Origin: an uncultured Candidatus Saccharibacteria bacterium
Lineage (GTDB): Bacteria > Patescibacteriota > Minisyncoccia > Minisyncoccales > GBS-2
DNA length: 33,788 nt
Direction of reading: 5' to 3'
NCBI GenBank assembly: GCA_964593405.1
Contig: CAZQIO010000004.1
Location: forward strand, 1 to 33,788
This document shows, in pieces, positions 15,324 to 24,299 of this stretch. The first letter of the stretch is position 1. Every line of letters starts with the position of its first letter. Below the pieces are notes generated by a model. The model made no database searches and was not told the origin of the DNA. It saw nothing but the letters and a program-made list of their open reading frames with translations. A program made the position numbers and the translations under genes.

Positions 15324-15988
15324 CAAAAATCATAGACCACACAAACATTAAAATCGATGCTAAAAAAGAGGAAATTTTGAAAACTTGTGAAGAAGCAAAA
15401 AAATATGGCTTTCGGGGAGTTTGTGTTAGGTTAAAGTGGGTGAAATTGGTTGCCAAAAATTTAAAAGGAACTGGAATAAAAACGATTGCCCTAATTGACC
15501 CACCGATTGGCGACAGTCCTCACAAAAAAAGAGTGGCAATGTGCAAAAAGGCAAAAAAAGATGGAGCAGATGAATTAGATGTTGTAATGAATATTGTCGA
15601 TGCAAAGCACGGAAGATGGGAAAAAATCTTGAAAGATTTAAAAAAAATTTGCCAGATTTTGCCAACCAAAGTAATAATCGGTTCTGGATATTTAACTGAC
15701 GATGAAATCGTTCAAGCGTCAAAAATCTGCAAAGAGGCTGGAGCAATTTGCGTTAAAACCGCAACCGAAAAAGATCCTCTAGAGCATAGGGAATTGAAAG
15801 AGAAATTTTACCATTTAACGTTAATGAAAAAGGGAGCTCCCGGACTTTTGATTAAGGCTTCTGGCAACATTAAAACTTTAAAAGATGTAAAGAAAGCTAT
15901 CAAAGCTGGCGCTGATATTGTTGGTACATCCTCTGGAGTTGAAATAGTTGAGGAGTTTATTAGAGCTCAAAAATTAAAAAAGAAATGA
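15302..15988 (+). CDS. deoC: Deoxyribose-phosphate aldolase family protein
   Basis: IDHTNIK.., GVCV, DELDVVMNI, the Schiff-base Lys context CVKTAT, and IKASGNI..GTSSG. Confidence 0.75.
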   Translation: MAKIENLAKIIDHTNIKIDAKKEEILKTCEEAKKYGFRGVCVRLKWVKLVAKNLKGTGIKTIALIDPPIGDSPHKKRVAMCKKAKKDGADELDVVMNIVDAKHGRWEKILKDLKKICQILPTKVIIGSGYLTDDEIVQASKICKEAGAICVKTATEKDPLEHRELKEKFYHLTLMKKGAPGLLIKASGNIKTLKDVKKAIKAGADIVGTSSGVEIVEEFIRAQKLKKK

Positions 15989-17439
15989 AAAAAATAATGG
16001 AAAAGTATATTCCAACAATTGGCCTGGAAATTCACATTGAGCTGAAAACTAAAACGAAAATGTTTTGCTCTTGCAAAAACGACCCAAACGAAAAACATCC
16101 AAATTTTAACATTTGCCCAATTTGTTTGGGTCATCCAGGAACATTGCCAGTAATTAACAAAGAGGCGGTGAGAAAGGCTATTAAAGTAGGTTTGGCTTTA
16201 AATTGTGAAATAGAGAGACATTCATTTTTTGAGAGAAAAAATTATTTTTATCCTGATTTGCCGAAAGGATACCAAATATCTCAATACCAAAAACCACTTT
16301 GCAAAAATGGATTTTTAAAAATAGAAGAAAGAAAAATTAGAATTAGAAGGGTCCACCTAGAAGAAGATACGGGGAAATTAATTCATGAGAAAGATTGTTC
16401 TTTGGTTGATTTCAACAGAGCGGGTATTCCTTTGTTGGAATTGGTTACAGAACCAGACATTAGGTCAGCCAAGGAAGCGAAAAAATTTGCTGAAGAACTT
16501 CAGCTGATTTTGCGTTATTTGGACGTTTCTGATGCTAATATGGAAAAAGGGGAATTTCGGGTTGAGGCCAATGTTTCTTTGGCCAAAAGAGAAGGAGAGT
16601 TGGGCACAAAAGTTGAGATTAAAAATTTGAATTCATTCAAAGCGCTAGAAAGAGCAATTGATTATGAAATAAAAAGACAAAGTGAAATTTTAAATTCTGG
16701 CAAAAAAGTAATTCAAGAAACAAGAGGTTGGGACGATGTTGGTGGCAAAACCTTTCCCCAAAGAGAGAAAGAAGAAGCTCAAGATTACAGATATTTTCCA
16801 GAGCCAGATTTGCCTCCTTTGGAAATTTCTGAAGAAATGATCGAAGAAATTAAAAAAGAGATTCCAGAATTGCCGCAACAAAAGAGAGAAAGGCTAAAAA
16901 GAGAATATGGTTTATCAAAAGAGGCTATTGAAATTTTTGTAAAAAACAAAGACTTTGGAGAATATTTTGAGAAAATCGTTTCTGAATTCCCTCCAAATTT
17001 ACCAAAATTAAAACTTTTTCGTTTAATCCAAATTGCCTCAAATTATTTAATTTCAGATTTTTTGGGTCTTTTGAAAGGCCTTCCCTTTGTCGAGTCCGAA
17101 ATTTTAATTTCTCCAGAAAACTTCGCAAAATTTGTTTGTCTTGTAGAAGAAGGAAAAGTTTCCTCAAAAATTGCCAAAATTCTTTTGGAAGAAATGTTCA
17201 AGAACGGGAAAGATCCTCTAAAAATTCTTGAAGAAAGACAATTGGTGCAAATTTTTGATGAGAAATTGTTAAGAGAAGTTGTTCAAAAAGTAATTTTGGA
17301 AAATCAAAAAGCGGTGGCTGATTTTAGGGCTGGAAAAACTCAGGCCATTCAATTCCTAATAGGAAAAGCTATGGCTGCAACCAAAGGGAGGGCCAACCCA
17401 ATTCTTCTCGAAAAAATTTTAAAAGACCTTTTGTCTTAA
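15985..17439 (+). CDS. gatB: Asp/Glu-tRNA amidotransferase subunit B
   Basis: IGLEIHIELKTKTKMFCSC, CPICLGHPGTLP, EEDTGK and a C-terminal YqeY-like tail. Confidence 0.93.
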   Translation: MKKIMEKYIPTIGLEIHIELKTKTKMFCSCKNDPNEKHPNFNICPICLGHPGTLPVINKEAVRKAIKVGLALNCEIERHSFFERKNYFYPDLPKGYQISQYQKPLCKNGFLKIEERKIRIRRVHLEEDTGKLIHEKDCSLVDFNRAGIPLLELVTEPDIRSAKEAKKFAEELQLILRYLDVSDANMEKGEFRVEANVSLAKREGELGTKVEIKNLNSFKALERAIDYEIKRQSEILNSGKKVIQETRGWDDVGGKTFPQREKEEAQDYRYFPEPDLPPLEISEEMIEEIKKEIPELPQQKRERLKREYGLSKEAIEIFVKNKDFGEYFEKIVSEFPPNLPKLKLFRLIQIASNYLISDFLGLLKGLPFVESEILISPENFAKFVCLVEEGKVSSKIAKILLEEMFKNGKDPLKILEERQLVQIFDEKLLREVVQKVILENQKAVADFRAGKTQAIQFLIGKAMAATKGRANPILLEKILKDLLS

Positions 17440-17453
17440 ATTTTAAAACTTTC

Positions 17454-17481
17454 TTGATTTGTTTTTTTAATTTGTTAAATT
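17454..17481 (+). promoter_or_regulatory. Sigma70-like promoter (TTGATT-16 nt-TGtTAAATT)
   Basis: The -35 is at 17454-17459 and the -10 at 17476-17481. The predicted start near 17488 is 1 nt before the ATG at 17489. Confidence 0.4.
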
Positions 17482-17488
17482 AAAGATA

Positions 17489-17989
17489 ATGGACATTTTA
17501 AAAGGAAGTTTTTACAATCCAACAAAGGGGAATTTGCAATTTGAAAATGTGGTTGACGAAATCATAAATTATATCTCTGAAAAACCAGAGAGGTTTTATG
17601 ATATTATCGTTGGCTGCGACTCTTCTTCTGGCCAAGAACCAAACTTTCCAGTGGCGATAGTTGTTTTAAGAGTGGGAGCAGGAGGGAGATTTTTTTTGAA
17701 AAAAATTAGTTACAAAAACAGAAAATTTTACAATTGGAAGCAAAGAATCTTAGAAGAAGTTTTCCTTTCTTGCCAATTAGCCCTTTGTCTTAAAGAAAAA
17801 TTAGAAGAAAAAACCAAGAACAAAAACCTTAATTATCAATTGCGCTACATTCATGCTGACATTGGAGAAGGTGGAGCAACCAAGGATATGATCAAGGAAG
17901 TAATAGGCTTAATTAGAGGGAATGGTTTTGAGCCAAAAATAAAACCAGAATCTTTTGTTGCATCAAGCGTCGCCGACCGCTACAGTTGA
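17489..17989 (+). CDS. YkuK-like (DUF458) RNase H-fold protein
   Basis: The pattern IIVGCDSS ... YIHADIGEGGAT ... KPESFVASSVADRY matches my recollection of the YkuK/DUF458 family. Not verified. Confidence 0.5.
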   Translation: MDILKGSFYNPTKGNLQFENVVDEIINYISEKPERFYDIIVGCDSSSGQEPNFPVAIVVLRVGAGGRFFLKKISYKNRKFYNWKQRILEEVFLSCQLALCLKEKLEEKTKNKNLNYQLRYIHADIGEGGATKDMIKEVIGLIRGNGFEPKIKPESFVASSVADRYS

Positions 17990-17996
17990 AACTAAA

Positions 17997-19817
17997 ATGT
18001 TAGCCTCAAAAATCAGAGAAACTTTTGTTCAATTTTTCAAAGAAAAAAACCACATTGAAATTCCTGGCACTCCTTTAACTTTTCCAGACCCAACTCTTTT
18101 GTTTGTCAACGCTGGAATGGTTCAATTCAAACCGTATTTTTTGGGAGAAAAAGAACCTCCCAGCAGGAGAATTGTGAATTTTCAAAAATGCTTTCGGACA
18201 GTAGACATTGAAAAAGTTGGGACAAACGGAAGGTCATTAACATTTTTTGAGATGTTGGGAAATTGGTCAATCGGGGACTATTGGAAAGAAGAGGCGATCA
18301 GTTGGGCGTTTGAGCTTTTAACTCAAGCTTATAAAATCGAAAAAGAGAGAATTTGGGTGAGTGTCTTTAAAGGAGAAAAGGGAGTTCCAAAAGATACAGA
18401 GTCAAAAAAGATTTGGCAAAAATTGGGAATTCCAAAAGAGAGAATCGTGGAGCTTGGCATGGAGGATAACTTTTGGATAGGAGGACCAACTGGGCCCTGC
18501 GGTCCTTGTACTGAAATTTATTTTGATCTCGGAGAGAAAGTTGGCTGCCAAAGAAAAGAATGCCGACCAGGATGCGATTGCGATAGATTTTTGGAAATTT
18601 GGAATTTGGTCTTTATGGAATATTACAAAGATGAAAAAGGAAACCTTTCTCTTTTGCCTCTCAAAAATGTAGATACTGGAGCAGGTTTGGAAAGGTTGGC
18701 AGCTGTTTTGCAAAACAAAAAATCTGTTTTTGAAACCGAATTGTTTTTTCCAATCATTCAAGAAATCGAAAGATTGTCTTTGATACCTTTTGATCAAAAC
18801 CAAAAAGCCTATCGAATTCTTGCCGATCATACAAAAGCTGCCGTTTTTTTAATCTCAGAGGGGGTTTTTCCATCCAACGTTGAACGAGGTTATGTTTTGA
18901 GGAGAATTTTGAGAAGGGCAATTCGTTATGGAAAAATTTTGAATTTGCCACAAAACTTTTTAATTAACCTTGCAAAAAAAGTGATCGAAATTTATGAAAA
19001 TGTCTACCCAGAACTCAAAAAAGCTCAATCTGAAATTTTGACGGTGATTCAAAACGAACAAGAAAAGTTTGAAAAAACTATCAATCTTGGCCTAAAACAA
19101 TTTAAATTGGCAATTAAAAAATGCAAAAAAGAGAATTTGAAAGAAATTCCTGGCAAAATTTTGTTTGACCTTTATCAAAGTTATGGATTTCCACTTGAGT
19201 TGACAAAGGAAATGGCAAAGGAAGAGGGGCTTTTGGTTGATGAAAAAGGATTTTTTGAGGAATTTGAAAAACACAAAGAAATTTCAAGAGTTGGAGCAGA
19301 GAAAAAATTTGGCGGAATCGGAAAAACCCCAACTTACGAAGCAACAAAACTACACACTGCTACCCATTTACTTCACGCTGCCTTGAGAAAAATTTTGGGA
19401 AAAGAGGTTAAACAAATGGGTTCTGATATTACTTCAGAGAGATTGAGGTTTGACTTTTCTTTTTCTAGAAAATTGACAAAAGAAGAAATAGAAAAGATTG
19501 AAAACTTAGTTAACCAAAAAATAAAAGAAAATTTACCAGTTGTGAAAAGGGAAATGTCGTTAAAGGAAGCGATAGAATCTGGAGCCTTGGCCTTTTTCAA
19601 AGAAAAGTATCCAGAGAAAGTAACGGTTTACGAAATAAAAGATCCTGGAGAACCCTCTGGTTTCTTTTCAAAAGAAATTTGTGCTGGCCCCCATGTAAAA
19701 CAAACCGGAGAGCTCGGAAAATTTAAAATAGTAAAAGAAGAAGCGGCAGGTTCTGGGATAAGGAGAATTAGAGCAATTTTACTTTCGGAAATTAAAAATG
19801 GAGAAAAAAGTAATTGA
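17997..19817 (+). CDS. alaS: Alanine--tRNA ligase, short form (606 aa)
   Basis: N-terminus MLASKIRETFVQFF.., FVNAGMVQFKP, GNWSIGDYWK, and editing-domain zinc motifs HTATHLLH and CAGPHV. The protein ends right after the editing domain. Confidence 0.9.
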   Translation: MLASKIRETFVQFFKEKNHIEIPGTPLTFPDPTLLFVNAGMVQFKPYFLGEKEPPSRRIVNFQKCFRTVDIEKVGTNGRSLTFFEMLGNWSIGDYWKEEAISWAFELLTQAYKIEKERIWVSVFKGEKGVPKDTESKKIWQKLGIPKERIVELGMEDNFWIGGPTGPCGPCTEIYFDLGEKVGCQRKECRPGCDCDRFLEIWNLVFMEYYKDEKGNLSLLPLKNVDTGAGLERLAAVLQNKKSVFETELFFPIIQEIERLSLIPFDQNQKAYRILADHTKAAVFLISEGVFPSNVERGYVLRRILRRAIRYGKILNLPQNFLINLAKKVIEIYENVYPELKKAQSEILTVIQNEQEKFEKTINLGLKQFKLAIKKCKKENLKEIPGKILFDLYQSYGFPLELTKEMAKEEGLLVDEKGFFEEFEKHKEISRVGAEKKFGGIGKTPTYEATKLHTATHLLHAALRKILGKEVKQMGSDITSERLRFDFSFSRKLTKEEIEKIENLVNQKIKENLPVVKREMSLKEAIESGALAFFKEKYPEKVTVYEIKDPGEPSGFFSKEICAGPHVKQTGELGKFKIVKEEAAGSGIRRIRAILLSEIKNGEKSN

Positions 19818-21042
19818 CATTTTACCATCCAAAAAATATCCAGAAAAGAAACCTTCACCAAAAAAAATCACAAAAAGAAAATTTACTTTGAAGCTCCCCC
19901 CCTTCTTTTTTAAATTTTCTCCAATTTTTTTAATTTTACTTTTTGGAATTTTTGGCTATTTTTTATCAATAAAGTTTTCTCAGGTTGAAATTAAAATTTG
20001 GCCAAAAATTGAAGAATTGAAAGTTGAAGAAAAAATTAGGCTAGATGCTAAATCAGAGAGTATCAATCAAAAAGAAAAAACAATTCCAGGAAAAATTTTT
20101 GAAACCGAAACTGAATTTTCAGATGAGTTTTCAGCCACTGGCAAAGTTTTAAAAAAGGCTCATGGGAAAATCGTTCTTTTTAACGAATACACAACTAAAG
20201 ATGAAGTTTGGGCAGCCGGCACGAGATTTATGTCTTCTCAGGGGAAACTTTTTAAGTCAAAAGATAAAATTTTTGTCCCGGGAGCAAAAATTGAAGGAGG
20301 AAAAATCAAGCCAAGCCAAGTTGAAGTTGAAGTAGAAGCTGCCGAAGGAGGAGCAGATTATAACATCGGTCCCTCAGAATTTTCGGTAGTTGCCTTCAAA
20401 GGAACTGAAAGATACTTTAAATATTATGCAAAATCTTTTGAACCGATGAAAGGAGGAGGAGAATTTCCAAAAATTGAAAAAGCAGATTTAGAAATGGCAG
20501 AAAAGGCCTTAATCGAAAAAGCAAATAAGTTAGCCAGTGATTTTCTAAAATCGAAACTTCCAGAAGGAGTTTCAGTGCTAAAAGATGGAATTTTTGTTGA
20601 GGTGTTAGAAAAGAGTTCCAATTTTAAAGAGGGAGATGAGGTTGAAAAATTCAGTTTTAAAATAAAAGTGAAAATTAAGGCCTTTTGCTTTGAAGAAAAG
20701 ACATTGAATAAATTTGTTGAAGAATATCTCAAAGAAATAGCTTTAAAACCAAATCAAGCAATTTATTGGCCAAGTTTAAAAATTACACCAAAAACAGAAT
20801 CTGTTAATTTTGATGCCAAAAAAGCAAATCTTTCTCTGGAGATTTTCGCAAAGACCTTTTTCGATTTTGATCAAAACCTTTTGAAAAAAGCTATCGCTGA
20901 TAAAACCATTCAAGAGGCAAAATTGTTTTTAATGAGCCAAGAACAATTTCTAAGGGTGAAAATCGAAATTGCTCCTTTTTGGGCAAAAAAGGTCCCGGCC
21001 AACATCAATCAAATTAAAATTACTTTCCCCCTTGTTGACTAA
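19798..21042 (+). CDS. Membrane-anchored hypothetical protein (Lys-rich N-terminus, one TM, large external domain)
   Basis: 414-aa ORF with TM segment FFFKFSPIFLILLFGIFGYFLSI. No recognisable catalytic motif. It overlaps the alaS end by 20 nt. Confidence 0.6.
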   Translation: MEKKVIDILPSKKYPEKKPSPKKITKRKFTLKLPPFFFKFSPIFLILLFGIFGYFLSIKFSQVEIKIWPKIEELKVEEKIRLDAKSESINQKEKTIPGKIFETETEFSDEFSATGKVLKKAHGKIVLFNEYTTKDEVWAAGTRFMSSQGKLFKSKDKIFVPGAKIEGGKIKPSQVEVEVEAAEGGADYNIGPSEFSVVAFKGTERYFKYYAKSFEPMKGGGEFPKIEKADLEMAEKALIEKANKLASDFLKSKLPEGVSVLKDGIFVEVLEKSSNFKEGDEVEKFSFKIKVKIKAFCFEEKTLNKFVEEYLKEIALKPNQAIYWPSLKITPKTESVNFDAKKANLSLEIFAKTFFDFDQNLLKKAIADKTIQEAKLFLMSQEQFLRVKIEIAPFWAKKVPANINQIKITFPLVD

Positions 21043-21063
21043 AATTTAACTTTCTGATAAATT
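21035..21063 (+). promoter_or_regulatory. Sigma70-like promoter upstream of infA (TTGACT-17 nt-TGaTAAATT)
   Basis: The -35 at 21035-21040 overlaps the upstream stop codon. The extended -10 ends at 21063, giving a leader of about 10 nt before the ATG at 21080. Confidence 0.45.
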
Positions 21064-21079
21064 AGTAATTATTGCTTGA

Positions 21080-21286
21080 ATGAAAAGGATATTAAAAAAA
21101 GGCATAGTTATTGAAAGTTTGCCAAACGCCACTTTTAGAGTAGAATTGGAAGACAAAAGGGAAGTGCTTTGTCACGTGGGGGGAAAACTTAGGCTTTACA
21201 AAATTAAAATTTTGCCTGGAGACAAAGTTGTGGTAGAATTGTCTCCTTATGATGAAAAAAGAGGAAGAATAATTTTGCGTCAATAG
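21080..21286 (+). CDS. infA: Translation initiation factor IF-1
   Basis: S1-like OB fold sequence [51 protein letters not shown]. Confidence 0.93.
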   Translation: MKRILKKGIVIESLPNATFRVELEDKREVLCHVGGKLRLYKIKILPGDKVVVELSPYDEKRGRIILRQ

Positions 21287-21287
21287 A

Positions 21288-21401
21288 ATGAAAGTAAGGG
21301 CTTCTGTAAAAAAAATTTGTCAAAAATGTAAAATCGTCCGGAGAAAAGGACGAATTTATATCATTTGTCAAAACCCAAAACACAAACAACGCCAAGGTTA
21401 A
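21288..21401 (+). CDS. rpmJ: 50S ribosomal protein L36
   Basis: Not in the ORF track because it is too short. My own translation gives [37 protein letters not shown], which has the CxxC..C..H zinc ribbon. It sits at the canonical infA-rpmJ-rpsM position. Confidence 0.9.
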   Translation: MKVRASVKKICQKCKIVRRKGRIYIICQNPKHKQRQG

Positions 21402-21413
21402 ATTGTTAAATTC

Positions 21414-21803
21414 ATGCCAAGAATTTCCGGTGTTGAAATACCAGAAAATAAAAAAATATGGATCGCCCTGACTTATATTTATGGAATAGGGAAGACTTTG
21501 AGTTGGAAAATTCTGAGGGAGGCCAAAATCAATCCGGAATTGAAGGCAAAAGATTTAAGCCCAGAAGAAATAAACAAGTTGAAAGAAATTATTGAAAAAA
21601 ACTACAAAGTCGAAGGAGACTTAAGAAGAGAGAAGATGATGAATATTAAAAGATTAAAAGACATTGGTTGTTGGCGAGGAATAAGGCATATTAAAGGATT
21701 GCCGGTAAGAGGACAAAGGACAAGGACAAATTCAAGAACTGTCAGAGGGAATGTTAGAAAAACGGTTGGAAGCGGTAGAAAACCCCCACCACAGCCAAAA
21801 TAA
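21414..21803 (+). CDS. rpsM: 30S ribosomal protein S13
   Basis: [26 protein letters not shown].. Confidence 0.95.
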   Translation: MPRISGVEIPENKKIWIALTYIYGIGKTLSWKILREAKINPELKAKDLSPEEINKLKEIIEKNYKVEGDLRREKMMNIKRLKDIGCWRGIRHIKGLPVRGQRTRTNSRTVRGNVRKTVGSGRKPPPQPK

Positions 21804-22249
21804 TGGGAAAAAAACGAGTTGCCAAAAAAAGCGAACAGGAATTGATCAAAGAGGCAGAAAAGCTGGAAAAGAAAAAGGAGTTAAAACTAAAGGTAAAAAC
21901 CCCTATTAAAGAGGGAAGAGTTTATATTTTTTCTTCCTACAACAACACCATAATGACCTTAACAGATCTTAAGGGGAACACAATTTTTTGGAGCTCAGCT
22001 GGAAGAGAAGGTTTTTCAGGAACGAAAGAAGGTACCCCCTACGCTGCCTCAAAAGTGGCAGAAACCATAGCTGAAGCAATAAAACAATTGGGGATGGAAA
22101 AAGTCGAAGTTTATGTGAAAGGAGTTGGCGCTGGTCGAGAGTCTGCTCTAAGAACTTTAGCTGTTAAAGGAATCAACATTGTTTTAATCAAAGATGTTAC
22201 ACCAATACCCCATGACGGTCCAAGGCCTCCAAAAGTAAGAAGGGTGTAA
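21803..22249 (+). CDS. rpsK: 30S ribosomal protein S11
   Basis: ..RVYIFSSYNNTIMTLTDLKGNTIFWSSAG.. The start overlaps the rpsM stop (TAATG). Confidence 0.95.
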   Translation: MGKKRVAKKSEQELIKEAEKLEKKKELKLKVKTPIKEGRVYIFSSYNNTIMTLTDLKGNTIFWSSAGREGFSGTKEGTPYAASKVAETIAEAIKQLGMEKVEVYVKGVGAGRESALRTLAVKGINIVLIKDVTPIPHDGPRPPKVRRV

Positions 22250-22257
22250 AAACTAAA

Positions 22258-22887
22258 ATGAAAAAAGCAAAATGTAGAATCTGTAGAAGATTGGGAGTGA
22301 AACTTTTCTTGAGAGGAGAGAGATGTTTTTCGCAAAAGTGCGCAATGGTTAAAAGACCTTATCCTCCTGGACAAAGAGGAAAAAGAAGGCCCTCTCCTCC
22401 TTCAGAATATGCAAGACAATTAAGAGAAAAGCAAAAATTGAAATACTGGTACGGATTGAATGAGGCCCAATTGAAAAGATATGTCAAAGAAACATTGAGA
22501 AAAAGGAAAAAAATTGAAGATGCTTCTTTATATTTGCTTTCTTTGCTTGAAAAGAGATTGGATAATGTAGTTTTTAGACTTGGCTTTGGAGAATCAAGAG
22601 ACCAAGCAAGACAACTCGTTTCCCATGGTTATTTTTTAGTTAACGGAAAAGCTGTAAACATTCCTTCTTTCAGAGTGAAAGTTGGAGACACAATTTCTGT
22701 GAAACCACAAAAACAAAAAAAGGTCGTCATTAAAAATTTAAAAGAAAAATTAAAAAGGCATCCACTTCCAAAATGGTTGAGTTTAGATGTTGAAAAGTTA
22801 GAAGGAAAAGTTGTTTCAGAGCCTACTGTCGAAGAATATTTACCGCCAGTAGACGTATCAGCAGTCTTTGAATTTTATTCTCGTTAA
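22258..22887 (+). CDS. rpsD: 30S ribosomal protein S4
   Basis: CRICRRLGVKLFLRGERCFSQKC (zinc-finger type N-terminus) and an S4 RNA-binding domain, LDNVVFRLGF.. Confidence 0.95.
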   Translation: MKKAKCRICRRLGVKLFLRGERCFSQKCAMVKRPYPPGQRGKRRPSPPSEYARQLREKQKLKYWYGLNEAQLKRYVKETLRKRKKIEDASLYLLSLLEKRLDNVVFRLGFGESRDQARQLVSHGYFLVNGKAVNIPSFRVKVGDTISVKPQKQKKVVIKNLKEKLKRHPLPKWLSLDVEKLEGKVVSEPTVEEYLPPVDVSAVFEFYSR

Positions 22888-22892
22888 AAACA

Positions 22893-23618
22893 ATGATTCC
22901 TTTACCAAGAGCGCCAAAAATTACAAAAAAAGATAAAAATTGTGCTGTCTTTGAAATTGAAGCTTTATGGCCAGGTTATGGCACCACCATTGGCATTGCC
23001 CTAAGAAGAGTTTTGCTTTCTTCTTTGGAAGGAGCGGCAGTGACAGAAATGAAAATTAAAGGAGTTCCTCACGAGTTTACGACCTTGCCAGGAGTTTTGG
23101 AGGATGTGGTTACTATAATGCTAAACGTGAAACAATTACGATTCAAAATGATTGGCCAAGAACCCCAAAGAGCGGTTTTGAAAGTTAAGGGCGAAAGAGA
23201 GGTTGTTGGAGGAGACTTTCAATTACCTTCCCAATTGGAATTGGTAAATAAAAATTGCCACATTGCTACCTTAACTTCAAAAAAGGCAGAATTGGAAATG
23301 GAAATTTTAGTTGAAAAAGGAGTTGGTTATCGTTCAAGGGACGAAAGACGGAGAAAAGAAAAATTGGAAATTGGAACTATTCCCGTCGATGCCATTTTCT
23401 CCCCGGTCAAAAGAGTAGCAATGAGAGTTGAACCAATGAGAGTTGGAGAAAGAACGGATTTTGATAAATTGTTTTTAGAGATCGAAACAGATGGAACAAT
23501 CACTCCAGAAGAAGCATTCGTTCAGGCCTGCGATATTTTGATTGATCATTACAAGATGCTTAGAGAAAGCATCAGCCCAAAAGAACATGAGGAAAAGGAA
23601 AAAGGGGAAAAAACTTAG
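22893..23618 (+). CDS. rpoA: DNA-directed RNA polymerase alpha subunit, N-terminal domain only (241 aa)
   Basis: GTTIGIALRRVLLSS.., IPVDAIFSPVKRV, RTDFDKLFLEIETDGTITPEEA. The ORF ends in a short acidic/Lys tail with no HhH C-terminal domain. Confidence 0.9.
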   Translation: MIPLPRAPKITKKDKNCAVFEIEALWPGYGTTIGIALRRVLLSSLEGAAVTEMKIKGVPHEFTTLPGVLEDVVTIMLNVKQLRFKMIGQEPQRAVLKVKGEREVVGGDFQLPSQLELVNKNCHIATLTSKKAELEMEILVEKGVGYRSRDERRRKEKLEIGTIPVDAIFSPVKRVAMRVEPMRVGERTDFDKLFLEIETDGTITPEEAFVQACDILIDHYKMLRESISPKEHEEKEKGEKT

Positions 23619-23937
23619 TCGAAAAAGAGATCAAAGAAGAGCTTTGTTGAAAAGCTTGGCCAGAGAATTATTTTTAAGAGAAGCAATCAAAACTACAGAG
23701 GCCAAAGCCAAAGCTTTAAAGAGTTTTTGTGAAAAATTTATTGCCAGGGCAAAGAATGAAAATTTGACAAATTTGAGATATTTGCGAAGATTTTTTGATA
23801 GGGAAGTTGTGAAAAAACTTTTTAAAGAAATCGGACCGAGATACAAAGACAGAAATGGAGGGTTTGTGCAGATTTTAAAACTTGGTCAGAGAAGGTCAGA
23901 TGGAGCCAAAATGGCATTAGTGAGATTGGTAAAATAA
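23587..23937 (+). CDS. rplQ: 50S ribosomal protein L17
   Basis: MRKRKKGKKLSRKRDQRRALLKSLARELFLREAIKTTEAKAK.. matches the L17 N-terminus. The ATG at 23587 is preferred over the track start at 23542. It overlaps the rpoA end. Confidence 0.9.
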   Translation: MRKRKKGKKLSRKRDQRRALLKSLARELFLREAIKTTEAKAKALKSFCEKFIARAKNENLTNLRYLRRFFDREVVKKLFKEIGPRYKDRNGGFVQILKLGQRRSDGAKMALVRLVK

Positions 23938-23942
23938 CTATT

Positions 23943-24290
23943 ATGGAAAGAAAAACTCACATTATCGATGCAACAGGAAAAGTTTTGGGTAGGTTAGCTA
24001 GCGAAATTGCTGTTTTGCTTTTAGGTAAAAAAAACCCAAATTTTGACCCATCGAAAGACATGGGAGATATTGTTATTGTCAGAAATGTTGAGAAAATGAA
24101 AATTAGCGGGAAAAAATTGGAAAAGAAAAAATATTACAGACATTCTGGATACATTGGCGGGTTGAAAGAAATTCCAATGAAAAAAATTTTTAATGAAAAT
24201 CCAGCTGAACTTTTAAGATTAGCAGTTTATAGAATGTTGCCAAAAAATAGGTTGAGAAAAAGAATAATAAAGAGGTTAAAGTTTGAGTAA
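23943..24290 (+). CDS. rplM: 50S ribosomal protein L13 (short, 115 aa)
   Basis: HIIDATGKVLGRLASEIAVLLLGK.. and YYRHSGYIGGLKE. Confidence 0.92.
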   Translation: MERKTHIIDATGKVLGRLASEIAVLLLGKKNPNFDPSKDMGDIVIVRNVEKMKISGKKLEKKKYYRHSGYIGGLKEIPMKKIFNENPAELLRLAVYRMLPKNRLRKRIIKRLKFE

Positions 24291-24299
24291 AGAAAATTT

